A stretch of DNA of 64,000 bases from assembly GCA_046347315.1 (NCBI GenBank), contig JAXMGJ010000008.1, positions 1,304-65,303 of the forward strand, read 5' to 3'. A program made the position numbers and the translations under genes. The stretch comes from Agitococcus sp. Its GTDB lineage: Bacteria; Pseudomonadota; Gammaproteobacteria; Pseudomonadales; Moraxellaceae. Below, in pieces: positions 9,821 to 21,981 of the stretch (position 1 is the stretch's first letter; each line of letters begins with the position of its first letter). Under the pieces are notes generated by a model. The model was given only the letters and a program-made list of their open reading frames with translations, had not been told where the DNA came from and did no database searches.

Positions 9821-11710
9821 TTGAACGATATGATGAAAAATCTTCTGTTATGGTTAGCCATTGCTGGTATGTTGGTTTTTGTCTTTAGCAACTTCAATCA
9901 GCAAACGCCTGCTAAGCAATTAAGCTACTCCGAATTTGTTAACTCGGTGAGTAATGGCGAAGTTAAGCGCGTACGTATTGATGGATTAACCATCAGCGGT
10001 GAGCGTGCCAATGGTGATAAATTCGAAACGGTACGTCCCTCTATTCCAGACCCTGAATTGATGAGCGACTTGCTTAGCAAAAATGTCATTGTCGAAGGCT
10101 CGGCACCAGAGCAACAAAGCGTGTGGATGCAGCTCTTAGTTGCAAGTTTTCCAGTGGTACTAATTATCATTTTGTTTATGTTTTTTATGCGCCAAATGCA
10201 GGGTGGTGGTGGCGCAGGTGGGCGAGGAGGCCCAATGACATTTGGCAAATCACGAGCACGAATGTTATCGGAAGATCAAATCAAAACTACTTTTGCCGAT
10301 GTGGCAGGTTGTGATGAAGCAAAAGAAGATGTCGAAGAAATAGTCGAGTTTTTGCGAGACCCAGCCAAGTTTCAGCGTTTAGGCGGTAAAATTCCTCGTG
10401 GTGCTTTATTAGTTGGTCCTCCAGGAACAGGTAAAACTTTATTGGCTAAAGCGATTGCAGGCGAGGCAAAAGTCCCATTTTTTACCATTTCGGGTTCTGA
10501 TTTTGTAGAAATGTTTGTAGGCGTGGGTGCATCACGGGTTCGTGATATGTTTGAGCAGGCCAAAAAACAAGCACCATGTATTATCTTTATTGACGAAATT
10601 GATGCCGTAGGTCGCCAACGTGGTGCAGGTTTAGGTGGTGGTCATGATGAACGTGAGCAAACCCTTAATCAGTTGTTAGTAGAGATGGATGGTTTTGAAG
10701 GCAACGAAGGTATTATTATTATTGCCGCCACTAATCGTCCCGATGTCTTAGATGCTGCTTTGTTGCGACCTGGCCGTTTTGATCGTCAGATTGTAGTAGG
10801 TTTACCAGATATTCGTGGTCGTGAACAAATTTTAAAAGTGCATATGCGTAAAGTGCCTTTGGGTGAGCATGTTAATGCAGAGTTAATCGCTCGTGGTACA
10901 CCTGGTTTTTCAGGTGCAGATTTGGCAAATTTGGTTAACGAAGCTGCGTTGTTTGCGGCGCGTAATAACAACAAAACCGTTGATATGCGTGAGTTTGAAT
11001 TGGCTAAAGATAAAATTATGATGGGTGCAGAGCGCAAATCAATGATTATGTCAGACGAAGAAAAACGTAATACCGCTTATCACGAGGCAGGTCACGCCAT
11101 CGTTGGCCGTTTATTGCCTGAGCATGATCCTGTGTATAAGGTGTCTATTATTCCGCGTGGTCGTGCCTTAGGGGTAACGATGTTTTTGCCAGAGTCTGAT
11201 CGATATTCATGGTCAAAACGTAATATCGAAGGCAAAATCTGCTCTTTGTTTGGTGGCCGTATTGCCGAAGAGCTTACCTTAGGATTTGATGGTGTGACGA
11301 CGGGAGCGTCTAATGATATTCAGCGTGCCACAGAATTAGCGCGAAACATGGTGACTAAGTGGGGCTTGTCGCAAAAATTGGGACCCATGTTATATGACGA
11401 AGAAGAAGGTGAAGTCTTTTTAGGTCGAAGTGTCACACAACGCAAAAATGTCTCGGCACAAACGGCGATGGATATTGATAACGAAATTCGAGCCATTGTT
11501 GATAAATGCTACCAGACTGCTAAAGAGATGCTGGTGACTAATCGTCATATCTTAGATGCCATGGCCGACGCACTTATCAAATATGAAACCATTGATGCGG
11601 GTCAAATCGACGATATTATGGAGGGTAAAGAGCCACGTCCGCCACACAGCCCGCCAAGTCTAGAAAAAAAGCCTGATTTAGCCAAACCTAGTTCAGATAC
11701 TGCCGTATAG
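9821..11710 (+). CDS. ftsH: ATP-dependent zinc metalloprotease FtsH
   Basis: Two TM segments, Walker [12 protein letters not shown] and HEAGH. TTG start. Confidence 0.98.
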   Translation: MNDMMKNLLLWLAIAGMLVFVFSNFNQQTPAKQLSYSEFVNSVSNGEVKRVRIDGLTISGERANGDKFETVRPSIPDPELMSDLLSKNVIVEGSAPEQQSVWMQLLVASFPVVLIIILFMFFMRQMQGGGGAGGRGGPMTFGKSRARMLSEDQIKTTFADVAGCDEAKEDVEEIVEFLRDPAKFQRLGGKIPRGALLVGPPGTGKTLLAKAIAGEAKVPFFTISGSDFVEMFVGVGASRVRDMFEQAKKQAPCIIFIDEIDAVGRQRGAGLGGGHDEREQTLNQLLVEMDGFEGNEGIIIIAATNRPDVLDAALLRPGRFDRQIVVGLPDIRGREQILKVHMRKVPLGEHVNAELIARGTPGFSGADLANLVNEAALFAARNNNKTVDMREFELAKDKIMMGAERKSMIMSDEEKRNTAYHEAGHAIVGRLLPEHDPVYKVSIIPRGRALGVTMFLPESDRYSWSKRNIEGKICSLFGGRIAEELTLGFDGVTTGASNDIQRATELARNMVTKWGLSQKLGPMLYDEEEGEVFLGRSVTQRKNVSAQTAMDIDNEIRAIVDKCYQTAKEMLVTNRHILDAMADALIKYETIDAGQIDDIMEGKEPRPPHSPPSLEKKPDLAKPSSDTAV

Positions 11711-11712
11711 CT

Positions 11713-12570
11713 ATGATACAACAACTGATATGTGGCGACAAAGTTCTCGACTTGTCGTCAGCGGTGGTAATGGGCGTGCTTAATGTCACGCCCGATTCTT
11801 TTTCGGATGGCGGTCGTTTTGTCACGCTTGATGCTGCCTTGCAACAAACTGAATTGATGATAAACGAAGGTGCATTGATTATTGATATTGGTGCGGAGTC
11901 CACCCGTCCCCAAGCTCAGCATGTCAGTGAACAACAAGAATTAGACCGATTATTGCCCGTATTAGAGGCAGTCAAAAAACGCTTTGATGTAATTGTCTCT
12001 ATCGATAGTAGTAGCCCACAAGTCATAACGGAGTCGGCTAAATTAGGTGCGGGTTTGATTAACGATGTGCGTGCGCTACAGCGAGAAGGAGCATTGGCTG
12101 CCGCCGCACAAACAAACTTACCAATTTGTTTGATGCATATGCAAGGTCAACCACAAACTATGCAATTACAACCTGCATACGAGTCAGTAGTTGATGAAGT
12201 GAAGCATTTTTTGTTAGAGCGGCTCGAAGCGTGTTCACAAAGCGGTATTGTTAAAGAACGGCTATTGATTGATGTTGGTTTTGGTTTTGGCAAAACATTG
12301 GCACATAACTTACAATTATTGGCACAGTTATCATCATTTAAGAGTTTAGGCTGTCCGATATTAGTAGGTATGTCCCGCAAAAGTATGTTGGGGGCACTAT
12401 TAGGTGATGCGCCTGTAGAACAGCGACTGTTTGCAGGGCTGTCGTCTGCAACTATTGCGGCACTTAATGGTGCAAAAATCATTCGCACCCATGATGTTAA
12501 AGCGACCTTCGATGCACTAGCGGTCGTCAATGCCTTGGCAGCTTTAGGAGAAAATAATAATGTCGCGTAA
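11713..12570 (+). CDS. folP: Dihydropteroate synthase
   Basis: [20 protein letters not shown] and IIRTHDV. Confidence 0.97.
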   Translation: MIQQLICGDKVLDLSSAVVMGVLNVTPDSFSDGGRFVTLDAALQQTELMINEGALIIDIGAESTRPQAQHVSEQQELDRLLPVLEAVKKRFDVIVSIDSSSPQVITESAKLGAGLINDVRALQREGALAAAAQTNLPICLMHMQGQPQTMQLQPAYESVVDEVKHFLLERLEACSQSGIVKERLLIDVGFGFGKTLAHNLQLLAQLSSFKSLGCPILVGMSRKSMLGALLGDAPVEQRLFAGLSSATIAALNGAKIIRTHDVKATFDALAVVNALAALGENNNVA

Positions 12571-13897
12571 ATACTTTGGTACTGATGGTATTCGTGGATT
12601 GGTGGGGACGTCGCCAATTATGCCTGAATTTGCCCTTAAATTAGGTTGGGCAGTTGGTAAAGTCTTGGCAGCATCAGGTAATGCCTCTGTTGTGATTGGT
12701 AAAGATACCCGTTTATCTGGATATATGTTGGAGTCGGCATTACAGTCTGGCTTGTGTGCGGCAGGCGTCAGTGTCCGGTTATTAGGGCCTATGCCTACGC
12801 CAGCAATTGCGCATTTGACGCGTGCTTTTCATGCTAGCGCAGGCATCGTGATATCCGCTTCACATAATCCTTATTATGATAATGGCATTAAATTTTTTGG
12901 TGCTAACGGCAAAAAGCTCTCTGATGAAATCGAATTACAAATTGAAGAATGGTTAGATAAAGAATTTACCATTGATGATTCTGATGCACTGGGTAAAACC
13001 CTGCGTCAAGAAGATGCGCGAGGGCGTTATATTGAGTTCTGCAAAGCGAGTTTTCCTTATCATCTTGACCTAAAAGGGGTAAAAATTGTTGTTGATTGTG
13101 CGAACGGTGCAACCTATCAAGTCGCCCCAGCAGTGTTTAGGGAGTTAGGTGCTAACGTCATTACAGTTGCTTGTGAACCAAACGGTAAAAATATCAATGC
13201 TGATTGTGGTTCTACACATCCGCAAAATTTACAAGCCGCAGTACTGATTAACAAAGCTGACTTAGGCATTGCTTTTGACGGCGATGGTGATCGTATCATC
13301 ATGGTTGACCATACAGGTTCGGTTGTTGATGGTGATGAAATTATTGTGATGATTGCGCGTGCCCGTCAACAAGAAGGCATTAATGTCGGTGGTGTGGTTG
13401 GTACAGTGATGAGTAATATGGGCATGGAAGTTGCCATTAAAAATATGGGCTTAGAGTTTGTTCGTGCTAAAGTTGGCGACCGTTATGTGATGTCGGCTTT
13501 AGCCAAACGGGGTTGGATGTTGGGTGGAGAAGCATCAGGACATATTGTCTGTTTGGACAAAACCAGTACTGGTGATGCCATTATTGCGGCCTTACAAGTA
13601 TTGGCTGCAGTGGTTCAGAGCCAGCAGTCGTTATATGAGTTACGTCAAGGCATGGTTAAATTTCCACAGCAATTGATTAACGTCAAAATTGCTCAAAAAT
13701 CGGATCCAATGCAGCATGAGGTCGTAGTGACAGCAGTCAAAGAAGCAGAGGCTATGTTGGGGGAGCGCGGACGTGTTCTATTACGTGCTTCAGGCACTGA
13801 GCCAGTCATTCGGGTGATGGTAGAGGGTGAGAATCAACAACAAATTACCCGTATTTGCCAATCTTTAGCCGATCAGGTACAAAAAGCTCTAGGTTAG
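12560..13897 (+). CDS. glmM: Phosphoglucosamine mutase
   Basis: [15 protein letters not shown] and FDGDGDR. Confidence 0.97.
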   Translation: MSRKYFGTDGIRGLVGTSPIMPEFALKLGWAVGKVLAASGNASVVIGKDTRLSGYMLESALQSGLCAAGVSVRLLGPMPTPAIAHLTRAFHASAGIVISASHNPYYDNGIKFFGANGKKLSDEIELQIEEWLDKEFTIDDSDALGKTLRQEDARGRYIEFCKASFPYHLDLKGVKIVVDCANGATYQVAPAVFRELGANVITVACEPNGKNINADCGSTHPQNLQAAVLINKADLGIAFDGDGDRIIMVDHTGSVVDGDEIIVMIARARQQEGINVGGVVGTVMSNMGMEVAIKNMGLEFVRAKVGDRYVMSALAKRGWMLGGEASGHIVCLDKTSTGDAIIAALQVLAAVVQSQQSLYELRQGMVKFPQQLINVKIAQKSDPMQHEVVVTAVKEAEAMLGERGRVLLRASGTEPVIRVMVEGENQQQITRICQSLADQVQKALG

Positions 13898-13921
13898 ACT
13901 TACGCGGTTATCGTTTATTTG
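13895..13921 (-). mobile_element. Solo right end of the ~100-bp MITE, overlapping the glmM stop codon
   Basis: The reverse complement CAAATAAACGATAACCGCGTAAGTCTA matches the right end of the 36067-36167 copy. Confidence 0.7.
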
Positions 13922-13967
13922 ATTGCCAAATACCTCTATTCGGATTTCAATATTGTAGGAAAGCATT

Positions 13968-14729
13968 ATGTCACGTAAACCTCTTATTGTTGGTAATTGG
14001 AAAATGAATGGCAGTTTTGCCAAAAATGCCAACTTATTAGCGTCATTATCTAGTGTGCCTGATATAGATATGGTTGTTGCACCTCCAGCAGTGTATTTAG
14101 CCAGTGTGTCAGCGCAGTTAATGAACTCCTCTATTGTATTAGCGGCGCAAAATGTCGCTGCTGAGGCACAACAAGGTGCTTATACAGGTGAAGTATCCGC
14201 TGTTATGTTGGCTGAATTGGGTGCAAGATATGCCATTGTTGGTCATTCTGAGCGTCGTCAATATTATCGAGAAACGGATGCTTTAGTAGCCAAAAAATGT
14301 CTGCGCTTACAAGAAGCAGGCTTGAGACCGATAATTTGTGTCGGCGAAACGCTTGCCGAACGTGAAGCAGGGCAGGTCGAAACAGTCGTATCACGACAGC
14401 TTAAAGCCATTATTGATAATTGTGGTATTGATTTGTTAGCGCAAGCAGTGGTGGCTTATGAACCTGTATGGGCTATTGGCACTGGCAAAACCGCTACGCC
14501 TGCTGATGCACAAGCTGTACATGGCTTTTTACGCCAATTAGTGACTATTTACGATAAAAACATTGCCGATACCTTATCTATTCTTTACGGCGGCAGCGTA
14601 AAAGCGGATAATGCTGCCTCTTTATTTGCCATGCCCGATATTGATGGAGCATTGGTAGGGGGCGCATCACTGGTCGCCAATGAATTTTTAGCGATTTGCC
14701 ATGCGGCAAATGCATCTTTTAAAGGTTAA
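13968..14729 (+). CDS. tpiA: Triosephosphate isomerase
   Basis: GNWKMN, GHSERR and AYEPVWAIGTG. Confidence 0.98.
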   Translation: MSRKPLIVGNWKMNGSFAKNANLLASLSSVPDIDMVVAPPAVYLASVSAQLMNSSIVLAAQNVAAEAQQGAYTGEVSAVMLAELGARYAIVGHSERRQYYRETDALVAKKCLRLQEAGLRPIICVGETLAEREAGQVETVVSRQLKAIIDNCGIDLLAQAVVAYEPVWAIGTGKTATPADAQAVHGFLRQLVTIYDKNIADTLSILYGGSVKADNAASLFAMPDIDGALVGGASLVANEFLAICHAANASFKG

Positions 14730-14732
14730 TGC

Positions 14733-15128
14733 ATGGAAACTTTGGTATTGATTGTCCACGTTGTGATTGCCAGTGTGATGACATTATTCATTTTAATGCA
14801 GCAAGGTAAAGGTGCCGAAGCAGGTGCTTCATTCGGTGGCGGTGGTTCACAAACGGTATTTGGTAGTGCAGGTTCTGCCAGTTTTTTAACAAAACTTACC
14901 GCAGGTTTGGCTCTAGTGTTTTTTGTGACTAGTATGACTTTAGCGGTTTTTGCTAAGCAAAAAGTCACTCAGGGAGCAGCATTGCCAGCTCCTACTAGCA
15001 AAACTGTGCAGCAGCCAGTTACTGATGTACCTGTCAGTGCGCCTGTAGCTGCGCAAACAGCACCAGTCCAGCCAGTACAAAATAAGCCTGTAGAGACTAG
15101 CAATTCTACCACAGATACAGTAAAGTAA
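14733..15128 (+). CDS. secG: Preprotein translocase subunit SecG
   Basis: ILMQQGKGAEAGASFGGG.SQTVFGS. Position between tpiA and tRNA-Leu. Confidence 0.96.
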   Translation: METLVLIVHVVIASVMTLFILMQQGKGAEAGASFGGGGSQTVFGSAGSASFLTKLTAGLALVFFVTSMTLAVFAKQKVTQGAALPAPTSKTVQQPVTDVPVSAPVAAQTAPVQPVQNKPVETSNSTTDTVK

Positions 15129-15138
15129 CGCCCCTGTT

Positions 15139-15223
15139 GCGGAGGTGGTGGAATTGGTAGACACGCCATCTTGAGGTGGTGGTGGCGCAAGCCTTGGGGG
15201 TTCGAGTCCCCTCCTCCGCACCA
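15139..15223 (+). tRNA. tRNA-Leu(GAG)
   Basis: Acceptor GCGGAGG/CCTCCGC-A-CCA, anticodon loop TT-GAG-GT, long variable arm and GTTCGA T-loop. Confidence 0.97.
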
Positions 15224-15263
15224 AGCTGTTGAATTGTAATATTTAGTTTAAAGCAAATAAAGC

Positions 15264-15292
15264 TTGACTTAATAGAGTGCGATATGGATAAT
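15264..15292 (+). promoter_or_regulatory. sigma70 promoter of the tRNA-fMet-rimP-nusA-infB operon
   Basis: TTGACT, 17 bp, GATAAT, followed by the GC-rich discriminator GCGCAC. Confidence 0.7.
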
Positions 15293-15305
15293 GCGCACTC
15301 GTTGT

Positions 15306-15382
<77 letters not shown>

Positions 15383-15397
15383 CTTTTACAAAGTCTT

Positions 15398-15424
15398 AAA
15401 AGCCCACTATATGTGGGCTTTTTT
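15398..15424 (+). terminator. Intrinsic terminator after tRNA-fMet
   Basis: AAAAGCCCAC-TATAT-GTGGGCTTTTTT. Confidence 0.85.
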
Positions 15425-15448
15425 GCACCTATCGTGGACTTTATCAGT

Positions 15449-15468
15449 GGGCTTTATGCCCTTTTTTT
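15449..15468 (+). promoter_or_regulatory. rimP leader (short conserved terminator/attenuator)
   Basis: GGGC-TTTAT-GCCC-T7 upstream of rimP, matching the described gammaproteobacterial rimP leader. Confidence 0.7.
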
Positions 15469-15543
15469 GTTTTTATTGGGCAGAATATTTTAATATAAAT
15501 ATCGCAAAAAGCAAAAAAATGGCGTGTATTCAAAGAGATATAA

Positions 15544-16005
15544 ATGGCGGTATCGCAAAAGATTCAAACATTAACAACCATGCTTTTGCCAGCAGTAGAA
15601 GCATGTGGTTTTGAGCTGTGGGGGCTTGAGTTTTTTCCTCAGGCTAGGCGTTCGGTATTGCGTATTTATATTGATTCGCCCGAAGGTGTAACAGTTGAGG
15701 GGTGTTCTAAGGTTAGCCATCAAGTCAGTGGTATCTTAGATGTAGAAGACCCAATTGCTGGTGAGTATATGCTTGAGGTGTCTTCACCAGGATGGGATAG
15801 GCCGTTATTTATGTTGGCGCATTATCAGCGTTTTGTGGGGAGTGAGGTGTCGTTGCGCTTGGTTGCACCTATCAATGCTCGTCGTCGTTTTAAGGGAATC
15901 ATTACCGCCGTTGTTGATAATGTGATCGAACTGTTAGTTGAAGGTCAAGCCATTAAGATTCCTTTTTCTCAAATTGATAAGGCCAATTTAGTGCCGAGTG
16001 TCTAA
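15544..16005 (+). CDS. rimP: Ribosome maturation factor RimP
   Basis: LRIYID and LDVEDPI.GEY.LEVSSPG.DRPL. Confidence 0.97.
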   Translation: MAVSQKIQTLTTMLLPAVEACGFELWGLEFFPQARRSVLRIYIDSPEGVTVEGCSKVSHQVSGILDVEDPIAGEYMLEVSSPGWDRPLFMLAHYQRFVGSEVSLRLVAPINARRRFKGIITAVVDNVIELLVEGQAIKIPFSQIDKANLVPSV

Positions 16006-16032
16006 ACAATTTCATTATATTAGGGCAGTAAC

Positions 16033-17502
16033 ATGAGCAAAGAAATTTTATTAGTCGTTGAGTCTGTCAGTAATGAAAAAGGCATTGCCCGTGAGGTGAT
16101 TTTTCAGGCATTGGAGCAAGCCTTAGTCGCAGCTACTAAAAAGAAATATGATATTGACGAAATGGATGTCCGTGTCGCTATTAATCGTAAATCGGGTGAT
16201 TATGATACCTATCGTCGTTGGACGGTAGTTGCAGATGAAGACCATGAAATGCCAGCTTGTCAAGATGCTATTAGTGATGTTGATACGAGCAAATGGAGCA
16301 TAGGTGATATTCGCGAAGAGCAGATTCCTTCTATTGAGTTTGGTCGTATTGCAGCACAAACCGCAAAGCAAGTGATTGTGCAAAAAGTACGTGAAGCAGA
16401 GCGTGCTTTAGTTGTTGATGCTTATAGACAGCGTATTGGTGAATTGTTATCTGGCGAAGTTAAAAAAATTACCCGCGATGGTTTGATTATTGATTTGGGC
16501 AATAATGCAGAGGCTTATTTGGCGCGTGACCAAATGATGCCCAAAGAAAACTTTAGAGTTAAAGAGCGCGTCAATAGCATACTTTATGCAGTTAATAGTG
16601 AAGGCCGTGGTGCACAATTGTTGTTGTCTCGTACTTGTCCCGAAATGTTAATTGCCTTGTTTCAAAAAGAAGTGCCAGAAATTGGCGAAGAAATTATTGA
16701 AATTAAAGGTGCTGCGCGAGACCCTGGAGTTCGTGCTAAAATAGCCGTTAAAACCAATGATCATCGTATTGATCCTGTAGGTGCCTGTGTGGGTATGCGT
16801 GGTACACGTGTACAGGCAGTGACCGCTGAGCTAGATGGTGAAAAAGTAGATATCGTGTTGTGGGATGATAATCCTGTGCAGTTTGTGATTAATGCTTTGC
16901 AACCAGCTGAAGTTGTCTCGATTATTCTTGATGAGGATACTAAGGCAATGGATGTTGCTGTTGAAGCAGATCAGTTGGCCAAAGCGATTGGGCGTTCAGG
17001 TCAAAATATTCGTTTGGCATCGGAATTAACAGGTTGGCGGTTAAATGTTATGACTGTTGAGGAAGCAAACGCAAAACAAGCTTCCGAATCCCAACAATAT
17101 GTCAATGCATTTGTTCAAGAGTTAGGTGTAGATGAGCAGATTGCAACAATATTAGTAAGTGAAGGTTTTACTAATCTTGAAGAAGTCGCTTATGTCCCGA
17201 TTGAAGAAATGCTATCCATCGAAGATTTTGACGAAGAATTGGTGAATAGCTTGCGCCAGCGTGCTGAGGATGTACTGTTGACCAAAGCATTAGTGTCGCA
17301 AGAGAGTGCTGAACCAGCTGATGATTTATTAGAAATGGAAGGCATGACGCGTCAGTTGGCCAATGCCTTGGCAGCCCGTGGTGTTGTAACCATGGAAGAT
17401 CTTGCTGAGCAAGCAATTGATGACATCGTTGATATTGAAGGTTTAAATGCAGAACAAGCAGCTCAGTTAATTATGAAAGCACGTGAACCGTGGTTTCAAT
17501 AG
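16033..17502 (+). CDS. nusA: Transcription termination/antitermination factor NusA
   Basis: [17 protein letters not shown]1 and KH domains, [12 protein letters not shown]. Confidence 0.98.
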   Translation: MSKEILLVVESVSNEKGIAREVIFQALEQALVAATKKKYDIDEMDVRVAINRKSGDYDTYRRWTVVADEDHEMPACQDAISDVDTSKWSIGDIREEQIPSIEFGRIAAQTAKQVIVQKVREAERALVVDAYRQRIGELLSGEVKKITRDGLIIDLGNNAEAYLARDQMMPKENFRVKERVNSILYAVNSEGRGAQLLLSRTCPEMLIALFQKEVPEIGEEIIEIKGAARDPGVRAKIAVKTNDHRIDPVGACVGMRGTRVQAVTAELDGEKVDIVLWDDNPVQFVINALQPAEVVSIILDEDTKAMDVAVEADQLAKAIGRSGQNIRLASELTGWRLNVMTVEEANAKQASESQQYVNAFVQELGVDEQIATILVSEGFTNLEEVAYVPIEEMLSIEDFDEELVNSLRQRAEDVLLTKALVSQESAEPADDLLEMEGMTRQLANALAARGVVTMEDLAEQAIDDIVDIEGLNAEQAAQLIMKAREPWFQ

Positions 17503-17505
17503 TAA

Positions 17506-17606
17506 CAGGACTTACGCATTTCACTGAAATTAGCGCGTTTTGTGCACATAAAACCGTTAAAAACGGTTGAAATGTGAGCAAATAAGCGATAACAGCGTAA
17601 GTCTTA
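17506..17606 (+). mobile_element. MITE, full-length 101-bp copy
   Basis: Ends CAGGACTTACGC / GCGTAAGTCTTA. 95/101 identical to 36067-36167 by manual alignment. Confidence 0.85.
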
Positions 17607-17777
17607 AATAAGTGTATTGATAAAGCACGTTTATTGTTTCGCTGTTTTTAAAACAATAAACGCTAATTGATAGATGGCTTGCGCAATTTGGTGAAAGATT
17701 GGACAAACTACGGTGAGTAATAACCGATAAGTCCTCTTAATGTGTAGGCCCTAAAACGTTTTGGAGTGACATGCCAC

Positions 17778-20519
17778 ATGGCTGAAATAACTGTCAAACA
17801 ACTAGCGCAAGTCGTTAATCGTTCGGTTGAAACTTTATTGACACAAATGAGTGAAGCAGGGCTCAAAGCGCGAAGCGCAGATGGGCTTGTGTCGGATGCT
17901 GAAAAACAGCAATTACTCGCCTTTTTAAAACGTAGCCATGGTGATACTAATGAAGAGCGTCAGCAAATTACGCTCAAAAGTAAAACCAAGACCACACTAA
18001 AAACCCCTGTTTCTGGAGGCAAACCAAAAACGGTCAGTGTTGAAGTGCGTAAAACTCGTACTTTTGTTAAACCTGCAGACAATGAGCTTAATCAGGCATT
18101 GGCACGTAAGGCTGCTGAAGAAGCAGCACGCAAGGTGGCAGCCGAAGAGGCTGCTGAGGCTGCACGTAAAGCGGCTGAAGATGCAGTAGTTGAAGCAGCG
18201 CGTAAGGCAGCCGAAGAGGCTGAAGAAATTGCACGTAAAGCCGCCGAAGAACTAAGCAAAAGTTTGCCAACTGAACAGTCATCGGCGGCAACACCTGTTG
18301 CTAAAGAGAAAAAATTGGCGATGCCTAAGCCAAGTGTGGTGTTAAAGGCTGACAAAAAAGAAGAAACAGCCGAAGAAAAAGCCAAACGTGAAGCTGAAGC
18401 AGCTAAACAAAAAGCTGCCGAAGAAACACGTCGTAAACAAGAAGAAGTTGCACGTAAACAAGCCGAAGAAAAAGCGCGTCAACGTACGCTTGAACAAGCA
18501 CGTCGTATTGCTGATGAATTAGCTAATCGTCGTGATGTTGAAGTAGAAGATGTGCCTTTGGCTAAAGGTTTGGTGGGTAAAGCTTATGAAGATTCTTTTG
18601 CCCGTGAAGACCGTGAGATTCGTCGTGGTGGCAATACCACAGGGCGTGGCGGCAAAAGCAAAGGTGGCAGAAAGCGCGAAGAAGAGCAAAACTTTAAGCC
18701 AGTTACTCGTGCCTTAAGCTCAGCTTTGTCCAAAAAACATGGTTTTGAAAAGCCAGTAGAAAAGCAAGTGTATGAAGTAGCGATTGGTGACTTTGTAACT
18801 GTTGCTGATTTAGCACAAAAAATGGCAGTTAAAGCCAAAGAAGTGATTAAGGTTTTGATGAAAATGGGTGAAATAGTCACTCAAAATCAATCAATTGACC
18901 AAGCAACTGCTTCTTTAGTGATTGAAGAAATGGGGCATGTTGCTAAATATGTCAGCTCAACAGCCGTTGAGGATGCACTCAAAGATGAAATGGCACATGA
19001 AGGTGACGGTGTCACACGTCCGCCAGTTGTAACCATTATGGGGCACGTTGACCACGGCAAAACATCACTCCTTGATTATATTCGTCGCGCCAAAGTGGCT
19101 GCAGGCGAAGCAGGGGGTATTACCCAACATATTGGTGCTTATCATGTTACTACCCCAAGAGGTGTGATTACCTTCTTGGATACACCTGGTCACGCGGCTT
19201 TTACTGCGATGCGTGCGCGCGGTGCCAAAGCGACTGATATTGTAATTTTGGTAGTTGCGGCTGATGATGGTGTGATGCCACAAACTGCCGAAGCAATTGA
19301 CCATGCCCGTGCTGCAGGTGTGCCATTGATTGTTGCCATTAACAAAATGGATAAACCATCGGCTGACCCAGACCGTGTGCTTAACGAGTTATCTGTTAAA
19401 CAAGTTGTTCCCGAAGAATGGGGCGGTGATACCCAAGTGGTGAAAGTATCTGCACATTCAGGTCAAGGTATTGATGACTTATTAGAAGCAATTCTCAATC
19501 AAGCAGAATTGCTAGAGTTAACGGCGGTTGAGTCTGGTTCTGCACAGGGTATCGTTATTGAAGCCCGTGTCGATAAAGGACGCGGTGCAGTAGCAAGCCT
19601 CTTGGTACAACGTGGCACATTAAATACAGGCGATTTAGTATTGGCTGGTCAGTATTATGGCCGTGTGCGTGCCATGACTGACGAAAATGGCCAACCAACC
19701 AAATCCGCTGGGCCATCTATTCCCGTTGAGATTTTAGGTTTGCCAGAAGCACCTAACGCAGGTGATGAGTTTATGGTGGTTGACGATGAGCGTAAAGCAC
19801 GCGAAGTAGCGGAGTTTCGCGCCACCAAAGAGCGACAAAATCGCTTAGCTCGTCAACAAGGGACTAAACTCGAAAATCTATTTGCCAATATTGGCAAACA
19901 AGAGGCAGCAATGGTTAATATTATTCTTAAAGCCGATGTGCGTGGTTCTCTAGAAGCTATTACCCAAGCACTCAACGATTTAAGCACTGATGATGTTCGT
20001 GTCAGTATTGTTAGCTCAGGCGTTGGTGCGATTACTGAGTCTGATGTCACGCTGGCCGAGTCCACTAATGCTGCTATTTTGGGCTTTAATGTTCGTGCAG
20101 ATAATGCTGCTAAGCAAAAATGCCAACAAGATGAAATTGATGTGCGCTATTACAGCATCATTTATGAAATGATTGATGATGTTAAAGCCGCTATGTCTGG
20201 TTTGTTAACACCAGAACGTCGTGAAACCATTTTGGGTGTTGCCCAAGTTCGCGAAGTGTTCCGCTCCTCTCGTTTTGGTGCGGCTGCTGGCTGTATGGTG
20301 TTGGAAGGTACAGTTTATCGTCATAAACCAATTCGTGTCTTGCGTGATGAAGTGGTGGTGTTCCAAGGAGAATTGGAGTCACTACGTCGCTTTAAAGATG
20401 ATATGCAAGAAGTGCGTCATGGTATGGAGTGTGGTATGGCTGTTAAAGGTTATAACGACATTCGTACTGGTGACAAAATCGAAGTTTATGATGTACAGCA
20501 TGTAAAACGTACATTGTAA
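17778..20519 (+). CDS. infB: Translation initiation factor IF-2
   Basis: [13 protein letters not shown] and NKMD, with an N-terminal EA/RK-rich linker. Start moved to ATG 17778. Confidence 0.98.
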   Translation: MAEITVKQLAQVVNRSVETLLTQMSEAGLKARSADGLVSDAEKQQLLAFLKRSHGDTNEERQQITLKSKTKTTLKTPVSGGKPKTVSVEVRKTRTFVKPADNELNQALARKAAEEAARKVAAEEAAEAARKAAEDAVVEAARKAAEEAEEIARKAAEELSKSLPTEQSSAATPVAKEKKLAMPKPSVVLKADKKEETAEEKAKREAEAAKQKAAEETRRKQEEVARKQAEEKARQRTLEQARRIADELANRRDVEVEDVPLAKGLVGKAYEDSFAREDREIRRGGNTTGRGGKSKGGRKREEEQNFKPVTRALSSALSKKHGFEKPVEKQVYEVAIGDFVTVADLAQKMAVKAKEVIKVLMKMGEIVTQNQSIDQATASLVIEEMGHVAKYVSSTAVEDALKDEMAHEGDGVTRPPVVTIMGHVDHGKTSLLDYIRRAKVAAGEAGGITQHIGAYHVTTPRGVITFLDTPGHAAFTAMRARGAKATDIVILVVAADDGVMPQTAEAIDHARAAGVPLIVAINKMDKPSADPDRVLNELSVKQVVPEEWGGDTQVVKVSAHSGQGIDDLLEAILNQAELLELTAVESGSAQGIVIEARVDKGRGAVASLLVQRGTLNTGDLVLAGQYYGRVRAMTDENGQPTKSAGPSIPVEILGLPEAPNAGDEFMVVDDERKAREVAEFRATKERQNRLARQQGTKLENLFANIGKQEAAMVNIILKADVRGSLEAITQALNDLSTDDVRVSIVSSGVGAITESDVTLAESTNAAILGFNVRADNAAKQKCQQDEIDVRYYSIIYEMIDDVKAAMSGLLTPERRETILGVAQVREVFRSSRFGAAAGCMVLEGTVYRHKPIRVLRDEVVVFQGELESLRRFKDDMQEVRHGMECGMAVKGYNDIRTGDKIEVYDVQHVKRTL

Positions 20520-20610
20520 ATTCTCAAGGGCTTAAGCTCATAGGTTGAGCTCTAATGTCAGAACTAACACGGTACGCAAGTGCCGTGTTGTATTTTAAAA
20601 GAGGGCTTGT

Positions 20611-21024
20611 GTGAGCCAACGTATGCAGCGTTTAGCTGATCAAATTCAGCGCGAAATAGCCGTTTTAATTCGTAATCTCAAAGATCCACGTTTAGGGATG
20701 GTCACCGTTTCTGCGGTTAAAGTCAGTAAAGATATGGGTTATGCCGATATTTATGTCACTGTGTTGGGCAAAGAGCTTGATGTTGATTATCAGCCTAGCC
20801 TAGCCGTGCTTAACAATGCCGCTAATTTTTTGCGAGCTGCTTTGGGTAAAAGTTTGCAAATTAGAATGATTCCGCGTTTGCGTTTTCACTATGACCAAGT
20901 AGTGGTTAACGGTAATCGAATGGCAGAGTTGATTCATCAGGCATTAAGCGAAGATCAAAAAAATCATCAAGCAGACACAGCAGTGTCTAGCGTCAGTGAA
21001 AATCACAAAGGCATGGATAACTAA
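20611..21024 (+). CDS. rbfA: Ribosome-binding factor A
   Basis: KDPRLGMVTVSAVKVSKD and IPRLRFHYD. Confidence 0.97.
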   Translation: MSQRMQRLADQIQREIAVLIRNLKDPRLGMVTVSAVKVSKDMGYADIYVTVLGKELDVDYQPSLAVLNNAANFLRAALGKSLQIRMIPRLRFHYDQVVVNGNRMAELIHQALSEDQKNHQADTAVSSVSENHKGMDN

Positions 21025-21963
21025 TTGGTCAAGCAGATGCAACAGGTGAAACGCCCACGCCGTCCTATAGACGGCATTTTGCTGTTTGATAAGCCGCAAG
21101 GTATGAGCTCTAATCAAGCATTACAGCGAGTCAAATATTTATATCAAGCCGAAAAAGCAGGACACACAGGCAGTCTTGATCCCTTAGCTACAGGTTTGCT
21201 TCCTATTTGTTTGGGTGAGGCGACTAAATATTCGCAGCATCTATTAGAGGCCAATAAGGTTTATCGTACCATCATGCGTCTTGGACAAAAGACGAGCACT
21301 GCCGATGCTGAGGGGGAAATCATTCAAGAGTGTGATGTGCCCGTATTTGACTTGCCAGACATTGAAAAAGTGTTGGCACAATTTAGGGGGACTATTCAAC
21401 AAGTACCCTCGATGTATTCGGCACTTAAAAAAGATGGTAAACCATTATATGAACTAGCGCGTAAAGGCATTGAAATTGCTCGAGAACCACGCACAATCCA
21501 TATTTATCGTTTAGAGTTATTGCGTGTTGAGCCTTTGTATTGGGAGCTAGAAGTGGCTTGTAGCAAAGGCACTTATATTCGCAATTTGGTCGAAGATATT
21601 GGTGATATGTTAGGTTGTGGAGCCCATGTCAGTGAATTGCGACGAACCGAAACGGGTTGTTTTAGTCTTGAGCTTCAATCGATTACTTTAGATGCTCTGC
21701 AAAAGCTAGAACAAGAGCAGGGCTTAAATGCTTTAGATGCCATACTCTTGCCTCCGTGGGCGGCTATTGCTGATAAGCCAAGAGTGACTTTGACGGGGCA
21801 CAGTGCTTATTATTTGTTGCATGGTAATCCTGTACAGGTAAGTCATTTGCCGCAAGATGAAGATGTGTTGATATTTGATGATCAACAACATTTTTTGGGT
21901 TTAGGCTATATGAATGATGATGGTTTACTTGCACCAAAACGCTTGCTAAAATCCGCTTATTAG
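21025..21963 (+). CDS. truB: tRNA pseudouridine(55) synthase
   Basis: KAGHTGSLDPLATG and CSKGTYIR. The exact start is uncertain. Confidence 0.97.
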   Translation: MVKQMQQVKRPRRPIDGILLFDKPQGMSSNQALQRVKYLYQAEKAGHTGSLDPLATGLLPICLGEATKYSQHLLEANKVYRTIMRLGQKTSTADAEGEIIQECDVPVFDLPDIEKVLAQFRGTIQQVPSMYSALKKDGKPLYELARKGIEIAREPRTIHIYRLELLRVEPLYWELEVACSKGTYIRNLVEDIGDMLGCGAHVSELRRTETGCFSLELQSITLDALQKLEQEQGLNALDAILLPPWAAIADKPRVTLTGHSAYYLLHGNPVQVSHLPQDEDVLIFDDQQHFLGLGYMNDDGLLAPKRLLKSAY

Positions 21964-21981
21964 TCAATTCAAATGACCTTT

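Noticed and set aside
18100-18500. Tandem-like GCxGCxGAAGA repeats ([10 protein letters not shown]) in infB
   Set aside because: This is the normal low-complexity charged linker of IF-2, not a CRISPR or mobile repeat.
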